From Oligoflexus sp. (GTDB lineage Bacteria > Bdellovibrionota_B > Oligoflexia > Oligoflexales > Oligoflexaceae): a DNA stretch of 16,768 nt. The stretch lies in NCBI GenBank assembly GCA_041736305.1, contig JBGSTX010000092.1, positions 1 to 16,768 of the forward strand. The letters are read 5' to 3'. Numbering within the stretch: the stretch's first letter is position 1; each line of letters begins with the position of its first letter. A model generated the notes under the pieces. It did not search any database. It was given only the letters and a program-made list of their open reading frames with translations, and was not told where the DNA came from. Below are positions 1 to 8,862 of the stretch, in pieces. A program made the position numbers and the translations under genes.

Positions 1-610
1 AGTCGACGCGATTGGCGATGCCGAAGAGCAGATCCTTACTATCTTTATCTGTCATGGCAGGCAGGGATAGCTTCGAATCAGGAAAGTTCACGCCCTTCCT
101 GTTTTTCAGAAGGCCGCCTTCTTCAACCCGCACCGTCACGGTATCGTCGTTGATCTGATCGACCTGCAGAATAAAGAGGCCGTCATCCATCATGACTCGT
201 TGACCAACCTTAACATCGTGCACTAGGCCGCGATAGTCGATTGGGATAGTCTTGGGATCGTCCTGTTCGATGCCAAAGCGGAGCTTGTAGATCTCGCCAG
301 GCTTGATTTCCATCTGACCACCGACCAGGCGACCGACCCGAATTTTTGGACCCTGGAGATCCTGGAGAAGGGCTACCGGACGACCTAGCTCGCGACTGGC
401 GCGACGAATCGATTCGATGTTGCGTGCATGAGTCTCGTGGTCGCCGTGAGAGAAGTTCAATCGCGCAACGTTCAGACCGGCTTCTATCAGCTGTTTCTGC
501 ACCTCATAGGTGGACGAAGCGGGCCCAAGAGTACCGATGATCTTGGTATGGCGCCGATCGAAAAAGTTGCGGTTCAATGGAGCTTCTGTTTGACCTGACG
601 AACTTGACAT
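1..610 (-). CDS. pyk: Pyruvate kinase, 5' part (runs off the left edge); K+-independent type
   Basis: Manual translation from ATG at 610: MSSSSGQTEAPLNRNFFDRRHTKIIGTLGPASS...GLNVARLNFSHGDH...LLQDLQGPKIRVG. TKIIxTLGPAS, ARLNFSHG and DLQGPKIR are pyruvate kinase motifs. AAGGAA RBS just upstream. Not in the ORF track because there is no stop in the window. Confidence 0.97.
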   Translation of the reverse strand, partial: MSSSSGQTEAPLNRNFFDRRHTKIIGTLGPASSTYEVQKQLIEAGLNVARLNFSHGDHETHARNIESIRRASRELGRPVALLQDLQGPKIRVGRLVGGQMEIKPGEIYKLRFGIEQDDPKTIPIDYRGLVHDVKVGQRVMMDDGLFILQVDQINDDTVTVRVEEGGLLKNRKGVNFPDSKLSLPAMTDKDSKDLLFGIANRVD

Positions 611-815
611 AGATATTCCTTCCGCAGTCTGGGAACTCTGACAACCGGGCTCCGCTTTTCAATTTCGCACCTCTCTTTGTAGCAAGATTTCGTTCCTAGC
701 TTAAGGACTTTGTCGAAACGTCCGAAAAACCTACGAGACTAATGGGACAAGCAGGCGGGATTCTTGGTCAAGCTTGGAATGCCAAGCAAAACCCTCGGCA
801 TCAAAGGACAATAGT

Positions 816-3800
816 GTGTTGCGGCAAAGTCTCTGGATAGGCACAAATATCGCTGACCGCTACTGCATCACAGCCGAAATTGGCGAAGGTGGTATGGGTC
901 GCGTCTACAGTGCGATCCCTTTTGCCGATCCTTCCCAGCCGGTGGCCATCAAAGTGATTGAGCGTCACCTCCTGGACTACGAAGACGTTCTCCGCTTCCA
1001 GCGGGAAGCCGCACTGATGAGTCGTTTGCGGCATCCGAACATCATCACCTTTCATGAATTGGGACTTTTCCAACCCCAAGAAGACGAAGCCGGTGGCGTC
1101 ATCAATGGCTACTACATCGTCATGGAGATTGCCAACGGGCATAATCTCAAAGAATTATTGACTAAAAGTGGCAGAAAAAGCCTCAATTTCTTCTTCGAAC
1201 TAGGTCTCCAAGTCTCTTCGGCCCTCGAGTATACGCATGGTAAAAACATTATTCACCGCGATATCAAGCCGCAGAACATCATCATAGAACGCAACGGCGA
1301 AAGCGATGAAGGCATTTTGGTCAAGGTCCTCGACTTTGGGATCGCTCGGCTAGCCGAACTGGACCTCTACACCCATCAGGAAGGGGTGCAGGATATCGCC
1401 GGCACGCCTCTCTATATGGCGCCAGAAAACAGCAAGTACCTCGACGCTCCCATCGACCATAGAGCCGACCTTTATTCCCTAGGCTGCATGCTGTACGAGG
1501 TTTTGGCAGGCCGACCCCCCTTCCTGAGCAATACGCGCGAGAAGCTGGCGCGTGACCATGCGCAGACGACACCAGAAACGCTGCTCTCCATCCGACCAGA
1601 TATTCCTGTGATGGTCAGCGAACTCGTCATGAAGCTGATGGCTAAACATCCTAACGACCGATATCAGACCTCTTTCGGACTTCACGTCGATCTTCAGCGG
1701 GTGAGAAAAATCCTGCAAGGCCGCAGTCAGGGTCCGGGCCGCTTCAGTCTTGGTCGCTATGATAAATTGAATATTTTGCCCTCCAGTATCGCTATGGTCG
1801 GGCGCGCCGCAGAGTTCGAAGACCTGGTCAACAACTACAAGGCTATAGCCAAGGAAACCGGCCGGAGTCGTCTGACGGTCGTAAGAGGCGTGCCTGGCAT
1901 CGGCAAGACGCGCTTCCTGAAAGAGTTTCGTGGCTACCTAGGGAAGCACCGCATCCGTTACGTCAGCACAAGTTTTTCCAGGCACGAAAACAACTTGCCC
2001 TTCAATGCCTTAGCCAACGGCTTTAACGAATACTTGGGTCACGTCTACAAGACCCAGCCCCTGGAATCCGAAGAGATTAAGCGCAAGGTCCGCACCCTGC
2101 TGGGTCCAACCGCAGGTATGGTTGCCAAAATCGTCCAGGGGCTCAAGCCTTTTCTCGACGAAGAACTTGAAGAGGAAAACGTCCCCAGTAGTATCGATGG
2201 CGCGCCGGAATTTGATTTTGCCGCTTTTGCCAAAGCATTTTCCGACTTCACCCGCTGTCTGGCTAATGAATCCGAGCCGGTCGTCTTCTTCTTCGACGAC
2301 ATGCAATGGGCGGACGACAAGAGCATCGAACTTATCGACCGCTTCTTCAGCCACAACAACTCGCAGCGCTTTTTCTTGGTCATTTCCTATCGGCCTTTGC
2401 TCAACGGTGAGGGCCTAAACTTTCAGAATTTTCTCACTAAATTCTCCAAACTTCGCCGGCGCTACCAGGAGATCGAACTCAGCAGTCTCAGTCGCGGATC
2501 TATTTCGCAGCTGAGTCAGTCGATATTGGGCATCGAACAGGGACTGGACCCTTCGCTGCTCGACTATTTCAGCGCCAAAACCGGCGGGAATATTCTCTAT
2601 CTGATCGAGTTGCATCGCAGCTTGGTGACCCAGGAACTGATCAGCATCAACCAGGAAGGCAAGTGGCGGATCCAGCTCGAAGAAATTTTCCGCGCTCCCC
2701 TGATCTCCAACTCTATCGATCTCATCCTCAATCGTCTCGCCGAACTGCCATTGGGTGAACGCACGCTGCTCGAAGTTGCGGCGGTCCTAGGTGCTCACTT
2801 TAGTCGCAGCATGCTCGACGCCCTGCGCGAACTAGACCCAAAGCTCATCGAGGCGGCTCTGAAGAGCGCAGTAGCGGGTGGTCTCCTCTTGAAGACCGCA
2901 GGCAAAGGTGGTAAGCCGCAGGAGATGAATTTCGTCTTCGCGCACCGCAGCATTCGCGAAGCGATTATGGACGCCATGCCCATCGCCCGACGCTGCGAAC
3001 TCCACCGACTGGTCGCCCGACGCATCGAAGAAGCCGGGGAAACCGCCGACGCTCCGGTGACCTTTACCTTGGCCCATCACTATTTCCAAGCTCTGGCCCA
3101 TCCCGCCGAAGCCGATCCGGTCGTAGCCGAAAAAGCTATGATCTACAATATGAAGGCCGGGCACACGGCCCTTAGCATAGCTTCCATGCTGACCGCGCAG
3201 CAGTATTTTCAGAACGCACGCACCCTCTTGCCCACTCTGCAGATAGCGGAAAAGACCAAGCTGTCGATGAGCAAGCAGATCCTGCAGGGACTGGCCGATA
3301 TCTTCTTTTTGAAACGCGACTATGCTGAGTCAGTCAAATTCTATAAAAAGTTGCGTGAGCTCAAACTCAGTCCCAACGAGTATTCCTTCGTCTCCTATAA
3401 GCTGCTGCTGCTCGGCCTTGTCAGTGGCCACGTTTCGGGTAGTCTGCGCGAACTGGTCTTGAGCTTCAAAAAGCTGGGATTTCCGCTAGTGCAGCTGACC
3501 TTGGGAACCTATATCAAGACTGCGATAAGCTTGTTTATTAGCTTCATAGTGCCATTTGCGTCCAGTCGACCCATGCGTATCCTCAAAGAGGTCGAAGCTA
3601 AAAGTCAGCGGTTGAAACGCAGCAAGGAAAAGTTTCATCCCATGCGACTCTACTTGATGGGGCAGTACGCAGGCTTCAACTATGAGTGGCGCCTCGGTCT
3701 TATCTACCACACGCAGCTCCTCAATCGGAGTCTCAAGTATCAGATTCCCGAGGGTTTAGTGATCCAAATGCTCTGCGATCATGCTATGGTGCTGGGCTAC

Positions 3801-6227
3801 TTCGGTCTGCAGAAAAGGGCCTACCGACTCCTCGAAGCGCTGCAGAAACATATGTTGAAAAATAGTAGCAATAAAGCCCTCCTCGCCTATGCGAGCTTTA
3901 TCCAGACGCTGGTGATCGATCAGTTTCAGGGGAAGCAGGAAGACTTGCGCGATAGCCTCGAATTCATCCAGAATGATATGCAGGGCCAGGACTTTCACCT
4001 TCCTATGCTGCAGCAAAAAATATTCAGGGTCTATCTCCACTTGGTTCACGCTCAGGGCAAAGAGTTGACCAAGATGATTCAATACTTGCCTTCGATTCTT
4101 ACTCTGCGTCACTGGCTGACGTCGCGCTCCGTTGCTATGTACCTCTTCTGGCTCATGCTCACCGACTCGCGCGACCTCATCATCAGCTATCTGAGCTTCG
4201 TCGAGAAGCGGTCGACCAGCGGCAAGCGCCAAGGCGATATCTTCGTGCTCATAGCCGAGGCTATAGTAAAACTCGCCTCTGGGGAGCGCGACAAGGCAAA
4301 GTTTGCCTACTACGAAACCCTCCAGCAGTTCGAGGAAAGTCCTGACAAGGCTCTGCTGATGCCGCATGAATCAGATTTCGTTCTCTTGTTCCTCGGTTTC
4401 TTCGCCGAAGTCTATTCTTTCGAATATGGGGAAAACATCCTACGCTACAAGACTTTAGAGCCTAAGCTCAAAAAGTTGCTGAAGTTCGCACAGCAAAAGA
4501 AACATCGGCGTCGGGCCATCCCTCTGCTGGTAGCGGCTCGCCTCCAGGAAATGCTGGGTGGTAAGGCTATTAAGCCCACCTATGACAAGGCGCTCAAACT
4601 CTCAAAGATCACCCAGCAGACGCTGATCGAACTTATTACTGAACTCTGGTTTGGCCGCTACCTTTTGCAGGACGGCGCCCTCATGAGAGTAAACTACCTG
4701 AGCCTGTCGGGAGAACGAGCTAAGGGTCTTAATCTCGATCTGATCGCAGCGATGAGCCGTAAAATTGCACTGGAGCTAGGCGAAAGCAGAGCTGATGAAG
4801 TCGCGGTCATCCAGCCTGAAGACCAGCGGCAAGTGACTGAGAAGCTTGATCCCCTCCTGCGACAGCACGTCCGCCTCCTGTCCGAACTCCAGCCCGAAAC
4901 GATGAACCTGGACGCGATCAAGCAGCTGGTCTTCTCTCTCTTGCGAGAGCGCCTCGATTTCGATCAGGTGCATCTATTCACGCTCAACGATATCATTGCC
5001 TTCGAGGCCCTCGGCAAAGAGCCACAAGACCGTATACAGCAGATGATCCATTACGTGTCGCCTTATCTAAACCTCCGTTCATCTTTGACTATTCCCATCG
5101 GTGATGCGCCTTGGACCAAGGGTGAGATTTCGGGCTATCAGTCCGCCGTGCGGCAGGTTTTGCCCCAGTTTTTCGATGGTGCGATCGAGCTGGAGCTCGA
5201 GGCTAGCGAAGACGTCGAGATCACGACGATCGTGAACAAGCTTGAGCCGTCGCTCACCAAAGATCTTCCGGTGATGCAAAGAGATCCCAATCGCCTTTCG
5301 CAGAGGAGCATGAATACTCTGGTACCGCTGCGCTATGCGGGTCGAGGTCTCGGAATACTATTTCTGGAGCGCAGTCGCTTACACGATGAAGATTCCACGC
5401 GCCTCCGACAGTTGCTCGACACCCTTGGAGCTCAGATCGGCATCTGGCTCAGGCGTTTCCTCTCGCTCGATCAAGATGAGCAGAATCATCCCCTGCTCCA
5501 ATACAGTTCGGGAAGCTATCATCTCGAACCCTGCAGCTGGCTAGATATCTGGTCGGACGGCCACCTGCGGGGTTCGCGGGAGTCTGTATGGTACCTCGGC
5601 CTCAACCTGAACGATCAGAGCTATCTCTTAGTTTATTGCCGGATCAACGGGGCCGAAGATCTCCGGGCGCCTCTAAGCGCAGCTCTTTGGCACGAAATGC
5701 TCGCTATGCGCACACTGTTTACAGGCGCAGGACACGAGCAGTTGAACCCCGACGACATCCAAGAGGCTATCGAGCGGCACCTGCACAGTGACGCTAGTCT
5801 GCAGTTTCTGGAAAGCGTGGCTTTTTCCTTCAGTATCTTGCAAAAGCAGCGAGGGGAAGTCTTCAGCGGTCACTTCGGACAAGCGAGACCAATGGTGATC
5901 GGTGTCAACAACGAGGTGACACCCCTTAATCGAGTCATCCTGCAGCTGAGCAACGGCCGTTACCTGCGCTACTGGAAGGTTTTTGCGGCTTCGGCCCAGG
6001 GCAACGTCTTTCTCATGCCGCACGACTCAAGTAAGCTAGATCGACTGAACATGGAAGAATTGCGTCTGCAAAAATTTGAATTTATGGATTGGGAAGATAA
6101 GCGTGCAGCCTTCCACGATTATCTCGCTCAGGTTCTCATTGCGGGTCATGTACCTAGGTATTTTGTCGCTGCATCCTGGAAAGCTCTCCCTTTGGTTTCC
6201 GCCAGCAGCGTGGAGAAGGCTGGATAA
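816..6227 (+). CDS. Large Hanks-type Ser/Thr kinase - AAA ATPase - helical/TPR-like - GAF - degenerate SpoIIE/PP2C-like signalling protein
   Basis: Kinase motifs GEGGMGRVY, VAIK, HRDIKPQN, DFG, GTPLYMAPE, DLYSLG. Walker A GVPGIGKT, Walker B FFFDDMQWAD. GAF-like LVPLRYAGRGLGILFLE...LLDTLGAQIGI. The ORF track starts at TTG 774, but GTG 816 has AAGGA (804-808) at 7 nt spacing and is the better start. Confidence 0.9.
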   Translation: MLRQSLWIGTNIADRYCITAEIGEGGMGRVYSAIPFADPSQPVAIKVIERHLLDYEDVLRFQREAALMSRLRHPNIITFHELGLFQPQEDEAGGVINGYYIVMEIANGHNLKELLTKSGRKSLNFFFELGLQVSSALEYTHGKNIIHRDIKPQNIIIERNGESDEGILVKVLDFGIARLAELDLYTHQEGVQDIAGTPLYMAPENSKYLDAPIDHRADLYSLGCMLYEVLAGRPPFLSNTREKLARDHAQTTPETLLSIRPDIPVMVSELVMKLMAKHPNDRYQTSFGLHVDLQRVRKILQGRSQGPGRFSLGRYDKLNILPSSIAMVGRAAEFEDLVNNYKAIAKETGRSRLTVVRGVPGIGKTRFLKEFRGYLGKHRIRYVSTSFSRHENNLPFNALANGFNEYLGHVYKTQPLESEEIKRKVRTLLGPTAGMVAKIVQGLKPFLDEELEEENVPSSIDGAPEFDFAAFAKAFSDFTRCLANESEPVVFFFDDMQWADDKSIELIDRFFSHNNSQRFFLVISYRPLLNGEGLNFQNFLTKFSKLRRRYQEIELSSLSRGSISQLSQSILGIEQGLDPSLLDYFSAKTGGNILYLIELHRSLVTQELISINQEGKWRIQLEEIFRAPLISNSIDLILNRLAELPLGERTLLEVAAVLGAHFSRSMLDALRELDPKLIEAALKSAVAGGLLLKTAGKGGKPQEMNFVFAHRSIREAIMDAMPIARRCELHRLVARRIEEAGETADAPVTFTLAHHYFQALAHPAEADPVVAEKAMIYNMKAGHTALSIASMLTAQQYFQNARTLLPTLQIAEKTKLSMSKQILQGLADIFFLKRDYAESVKFYKKLRELKLSPNEYSFVSYKLLLLGLVSGHVSGSLRELVLSFKKLGFPLVQLTLGTYIKTAISLFISFIVPFASSRPMRILKEVEAKSQRLKRSKEKFHPMRLYLMGQYAGFNYEWRLGLIYHTQLLNRSLKYQIPEGLVIQMLCDHAMVLGYFGLQKRAYRLLEALQKHMLKNSSNKALLAYASFIQTLVIDQFQGKQEDLRDSLEFIQNDMQGQDFHLPMLQQKIFRVYLHLVHAQGKELTKMIQYLPSILTLRHWLTSRSVAMYLFWLMLTDSRDLIISYLSFVEKRSTSGKRQGDIFVLIAEAIVKLASGERDKAKFAYYETLQQFEESPDKALLMPHESDFVLLFLGFFAEVYSFEYGENILRYKTLEPKLKKLLKFAQQKKHRRRAIPLLVAARLQEMLGGKAIKPTYDKALKLSKITQQTLIELITELWFGRYLLQDGALMRVNYLSLSGERAKGLNLDLIAAMSRKIALELGESRADEVAVIQPEDQRQVTEKLDPLLRQHVRLLSELQPETMNLDAIKQLVFSLLRERLDFDQVHLFTLNDIIAFEALGKEPQDRIQQMIHYVSPYLNLRSSLTIPIGDAPWTKGEISGYQSAVRQVLPQFFDGAIELELEASEDVEITTIVNKLEPSLTKDLPVMQRDPNRLSQRSMNTLVPLRYAGRGLGILFLERSRLHDEDSTRLRQLLDTLGAQIGIWLRRFLSLDQDEQNHPLLQYSSGSYHLEPCSWLDIWSDGHLRGSRESVWYLGLNLNDQSYLLVYCRINGAEDLRAPLSAALWHEMLAMRTLFTGAGHEQLNPDDIQEAIERHLHSDASLQFLESVAFSFSILQKQRGEVFSGHFGQARPMVIGVNNEVTPLNRVILQLSNGRYLRYWKVFAASAQGNVFLMPHDSSKLDRLNMEELRLQKFEFMDWEDKRAAFHDYLAQVLIAGHVPRYFVAASWKALPLVSASSVEKAG

Positions 6228-6325
6228 TTTGACTAGGATTTGCTCGGAGTGGCACGTATGATATGCGCTGACGTAATCGAGTCGATCCTTACCCTGAGGC
6301 TAAGGTTTAAAAAGGAGATATCTTC

Positions 6326-6511
6326 ATGATGCCAGGCTGGACGGAACTATTAATCATCGCAGGTGTGATCGTCCTCTTATTCGGGACAACTAAGCTACCC
6401 AAGCTCGGTGGTGCTATCGGTGAGAGTATCAAGAATTTCAAGAAAGGCATCAAAGAGGAAGATAATCCTCAGCTCAAAGAACAGCAGAAGGACCCTGAGC
6501 ATAAAGTCTAG
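6326..6511 (+). CDS. tatA: Twin-arginine translocase TatA/TatE subunit
   Basis: PGWTELLIIAGVIVLLFGTTKLPKLGGAIGESIKNFKKG: short TM helix, FG hinge, amphipathic helix and charged tail. AAAGGAG RBS. Confidence 0.95.
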   Translation: MMPGWTELLIIAGVIVLLFGTTKLPKLGGAIGESIKNFKKGIKEEDNPQLKEQQKDPEHKV

Positions 6512-6580
6512 TCTGCGGTGCCCCGGCTGGTCTCCTCAGTGAATAGGGGTCGTGGGTGGCAGGTTTGACTGTCCATGGTA

Positions 6581-6603
6581 GGCGACAGATATCACTTGTC
6601 GCC
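6581..6603 (+). other. Intergenic hairpin after tatA (possible weak terminator or processing site)
   Basis: GGCGACA (6581-6587) / TGTCGCC (6597-6603), 9-nt loop. Only a weak pyrimidine tail follows (CTCCTTT). Confidence 0.35.
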
Positions 6604-6735
6604 ATGCTCCTTTACCTCGGCTTCCCTCGCTTATCCAAGTATCAGGTACATAATGGTACTCTCATGCCTAAGAGGCTTTGATTTTTTTGCAAAATAGCAC
6701 AAAAATGAAGCGGGTTCTTAAGCTGGAGGTAGTTC

Positions 6736-7653
6736 TTGCAAGAGCAATTCACTGAGTTGTTGCAGAAAAAGCTGATTATGGTCACCGGCAAGGGAGGAAT
6801 AGGCAAGACGCTGACGAGCGTGGCCCTGGCTTACCGCGCTCAGGCTCTCGGTAAAAAAGTTTGTCTAGTGGAGTCGTCCGCTCACGATCAGATTGCAGCT
6901 CTCTTCGGATCGGCACCGGTTGGGCACCAGCAACGTGAGCTGGCTCCTGGCATCACGGTCATCAATGTCAATCCGCAGGACAATTTTCGCGATTTTGTCA
7001 TCAAGCACCTGGGCTTTTCTAAGCTCTTCGAAAAGGTCTTCACTAAACCTATCGTTCGCTCTTTCATACAGATGCTGCCTGGGATCGCTGAGCTGACCCT
7101 CTTGGGACGCCTCTACTATTACAGCGAACTTGATAAGGAGGATAATTTCGACCTCATTATTTTCGATGGCTTCGCCTCCGGGCATTTTCAGAGCCTCATG
7201 AAGACCCCCGACGCCGTCATGCATTCAGGTATGGTTGGGCCGGTCATCGAAGAAACCAAGCGTGTGCGGAGCTTCATAGCCGATCGCGATCGCGTCGGAG
7301 TTCTGCTCGTCACGGTGCCCGAAGAATTGGTCATCGCCGAAGCTCTCGACTTTGTCGACCGGCTGCAGCGAGAAACTCCGGCTCCGCTCGCAGCGATTGC
7401 GGTCAATCGTTGTTTTCCGGCCTTTCCTCCCGTCGCTTCGGATGCGGCCCAGACTGATTTGGCGGGTGCCTTGAAGTACTGGGAGACGCGGGTGGCAGCT
7501 GAGGCAAAGAGCTTGGATAGACTCCTCACTGGACTCAAAGATATGGGAGGACGCGAGCTGCCGGTCTTTCGATTGGGCGAGCGAGGTGCTTTCACGGAAC
7601 CCTTGCAAGCTGAAGAAGTGCGGGCATGGATAGGAGGGGCGGCACGTTTATGA
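6736..7653 (+). CDS. ArsA/Get3-family SIMIBI ATPase, subunit 1 (BagA/Rv3679-like)
   Basis: Deviant Walker A TGKGGIGKT, LPGIAEL, DLIIFDGFASGH, VTVPEEL, AVNR. TTG start with GGAGGT RBS at 5 nt spacing. Confidence 0.88.
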   Translation: MQEQFTELLQKKLIMVTGKGGIGKTLTSVALAYRAQALGKKVCLVESSAHDQIAALFGSAPVGHQQRELAPGITVINVNPQDNFRDFVIKHLGFSKLFEKVFTKPIVRSFIQMLPGIAELTLLGRLYYYSELDKEDNFDLIIFDGFASGHFQSLMKTPDAVMHSGMVGPVIEETKRVRSFIADRDRVGVLLVTVPEELVIAEALDFVDRLQRETPAPLAAIAVNRCFPAFPPVASDAAQTDLAGALKYWETRVAAEAKSLDRLLTGLKDMGGRELPVFRLGERGAFTEPLQAEEVRAWIGGAARL

Positions 7654-8768
7654 ACGATCAAAATTCCGGATTCGAAAAAATGGTAGCCGGTTCTCGCATC
7701 ATCGTCGCGATTGGATCGGGAGGGGTCGGTAAAACCACCAGCTCGATAGCTATCGCTCTGATGGCAGCCCGCGCTGGCAAGAGAGTCGGGCTACTGAGCA
7801 TCGACCCAGCCAAGCGTCTCGCCGATGCTCTCGGTATACCGCTCGGCAGCGAACTGGTTCAAGTGCAGATGAAAGAGCCTCTCAGCGGCAGCGTGGAAGC
7901 AGCCATGCTCGATCAGAAAGCTGTTTTTGACGAGATGGTCCGACGATTTGCGCCTTCTTCCAACGCGGCCCAGAGAATCTTCAATAACAGCATCTATAAA
8001 GAGGTCTCAAGTAATCTCGGTGGGCCCCTCGAGTATATGGCCCTGGCCAAACTCGAGTCTATGTTGAAGCAGGGGCGCTACGATCTCATCGTCCTCGATA
8101 CCCCTCCCGATACCCATGCCCTGGATTTTCTAGCCCGACCCAACATTCTCTCGGGTTTCATCGAACACGGCGTCATGAGTTGGCTGATCAAACCCTTCCA
8201 CTTGGCGCAGAAGCTGGGAGCCGGATCGCTCTTCCGCGCTGGCGGCAAGATCATGAACGGCATCTCGTCGATTACCGGAATCAAAATGCTGCGCTTGCTC
8301 GCAGAGTTTCTGGTTCTTATGGAAGATGTAATCATCGGCTTCAACCGCATCGGACGAGAGGTGACGCAGTCCCTCCGGCAAAATTCTACGGGTTTTGTGC
8401 TGGTTTCGGCGCCTTACCAGAACGCGGTGCGGTCTGCGTTCCACCTCATGCGGGAACTGAAAATTCAGAATTACCCCCTGCTTGCGATCGTCATGAATCG
8501 GAATATGCCATTTGCGGTGGAAGAAGCTGTCCGGAAGTGGCCGCAGTATGCAGCGGTCCAGCCAGATTTATCCCCAGGCCTTGGGCTCTTGAAGCAGCGC
8601 TTTGAAAGTGCCCAATCTCTAGCTGATCAGCTGGCAAAAGAGGCTCGGCAGCTTTTTCAGAAAGACATTCCGCTGCTCCTGATCGAAGAGCAGGCACAGA
8701 TGATACTCTCCGAAGATACTTTATGGAATTTCGTCGATGCAATGACTCATGCGCGCGTTAAGACTTGA
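7650..8768 (+). CDS. ArsA/Get3-family SIMIBI ATPase, subunit 2 (BagB/Rv3680-like)
   Basis: GSGGVGKTT, SIDPAKRLADALG, EYMAL, DLIVLDTPPDTHALDFL, VMNR. ATG 7650 overlaps the upstream stop (ATGA) and has a purine-rich RBS, so it is preferred over 7626. Confidence 0.9.
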   Translation: MNDQNSGFEKMVAGSRIIVAIGSGGVGKTTSSIAIALMAARAGKRVGLLSIDPAKRLADALGIPLGSELVQVQMKEPLSGSVEAAMLDQKAVFDEMVRRFAPSSNAAQRIFNNSIYKEVSSNLGGPLEYMALAKLESMLKQGRYDLIVLDTPPDTHALDFLARPNILSGFIEHGVMSWLIKPFHLAQKLGAGSLFRAGGKIMNGISSITGIKMLRLLAEFLVLMEDVIIGFNRIGREVTQSLRQNSTGFVLVSAPYQNAVRSAFHLMRELKIQNYPLLAIVMNRNMPFAVEEAVRKWPQYAAVQPDLSPGLGLLKQRFESAQSLADQLAKEARQLFQKDIPLLLIEEQAQMILSEDTLWNFVDAMTHARVKT

Positions 8769-8825
8769 CGAGCTCTGTCAAACAATTGACAGGAATCGCG
8801 GAGGCGTGAAAGCTCATGTTAGAAT
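8765..8825 (+). promoter_or_regulatory. Palindromic operator-like site and extended -10 upstream of mlaE
   Basis: TGTCAA-ACAA-TTGACA inverted repeat (8776-8791), overlapping TTGAC-N7-GTCAA (8765-8781). TGtTAGAAT extended -10 at 8817-8825. Confidence 0.4.
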
Positions 8826-8862
8826 AGGGGAGGCCATGAGAGCTCCTCACAAGGATCATTGA

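Noticed and set aside
346-540. 64-aa plus-strand ORF
   Set aside because: Antisense to the clearly recognisable pyruvate kinase.
6250-6266. Sigma54 promoter upstream of tatA (TGGCACG...TGC)
   Set aside because: GG-to-GC spacing is 12 nt instead of the required 10.
6736-8768. Arsenite-resistance ArsA pump ATPase
   Set aside because: No arsR/D/B/C or acr3 nearby, no evident Cys-rich metalloid site, and the motifs fit the BagA/BagB-like pair.
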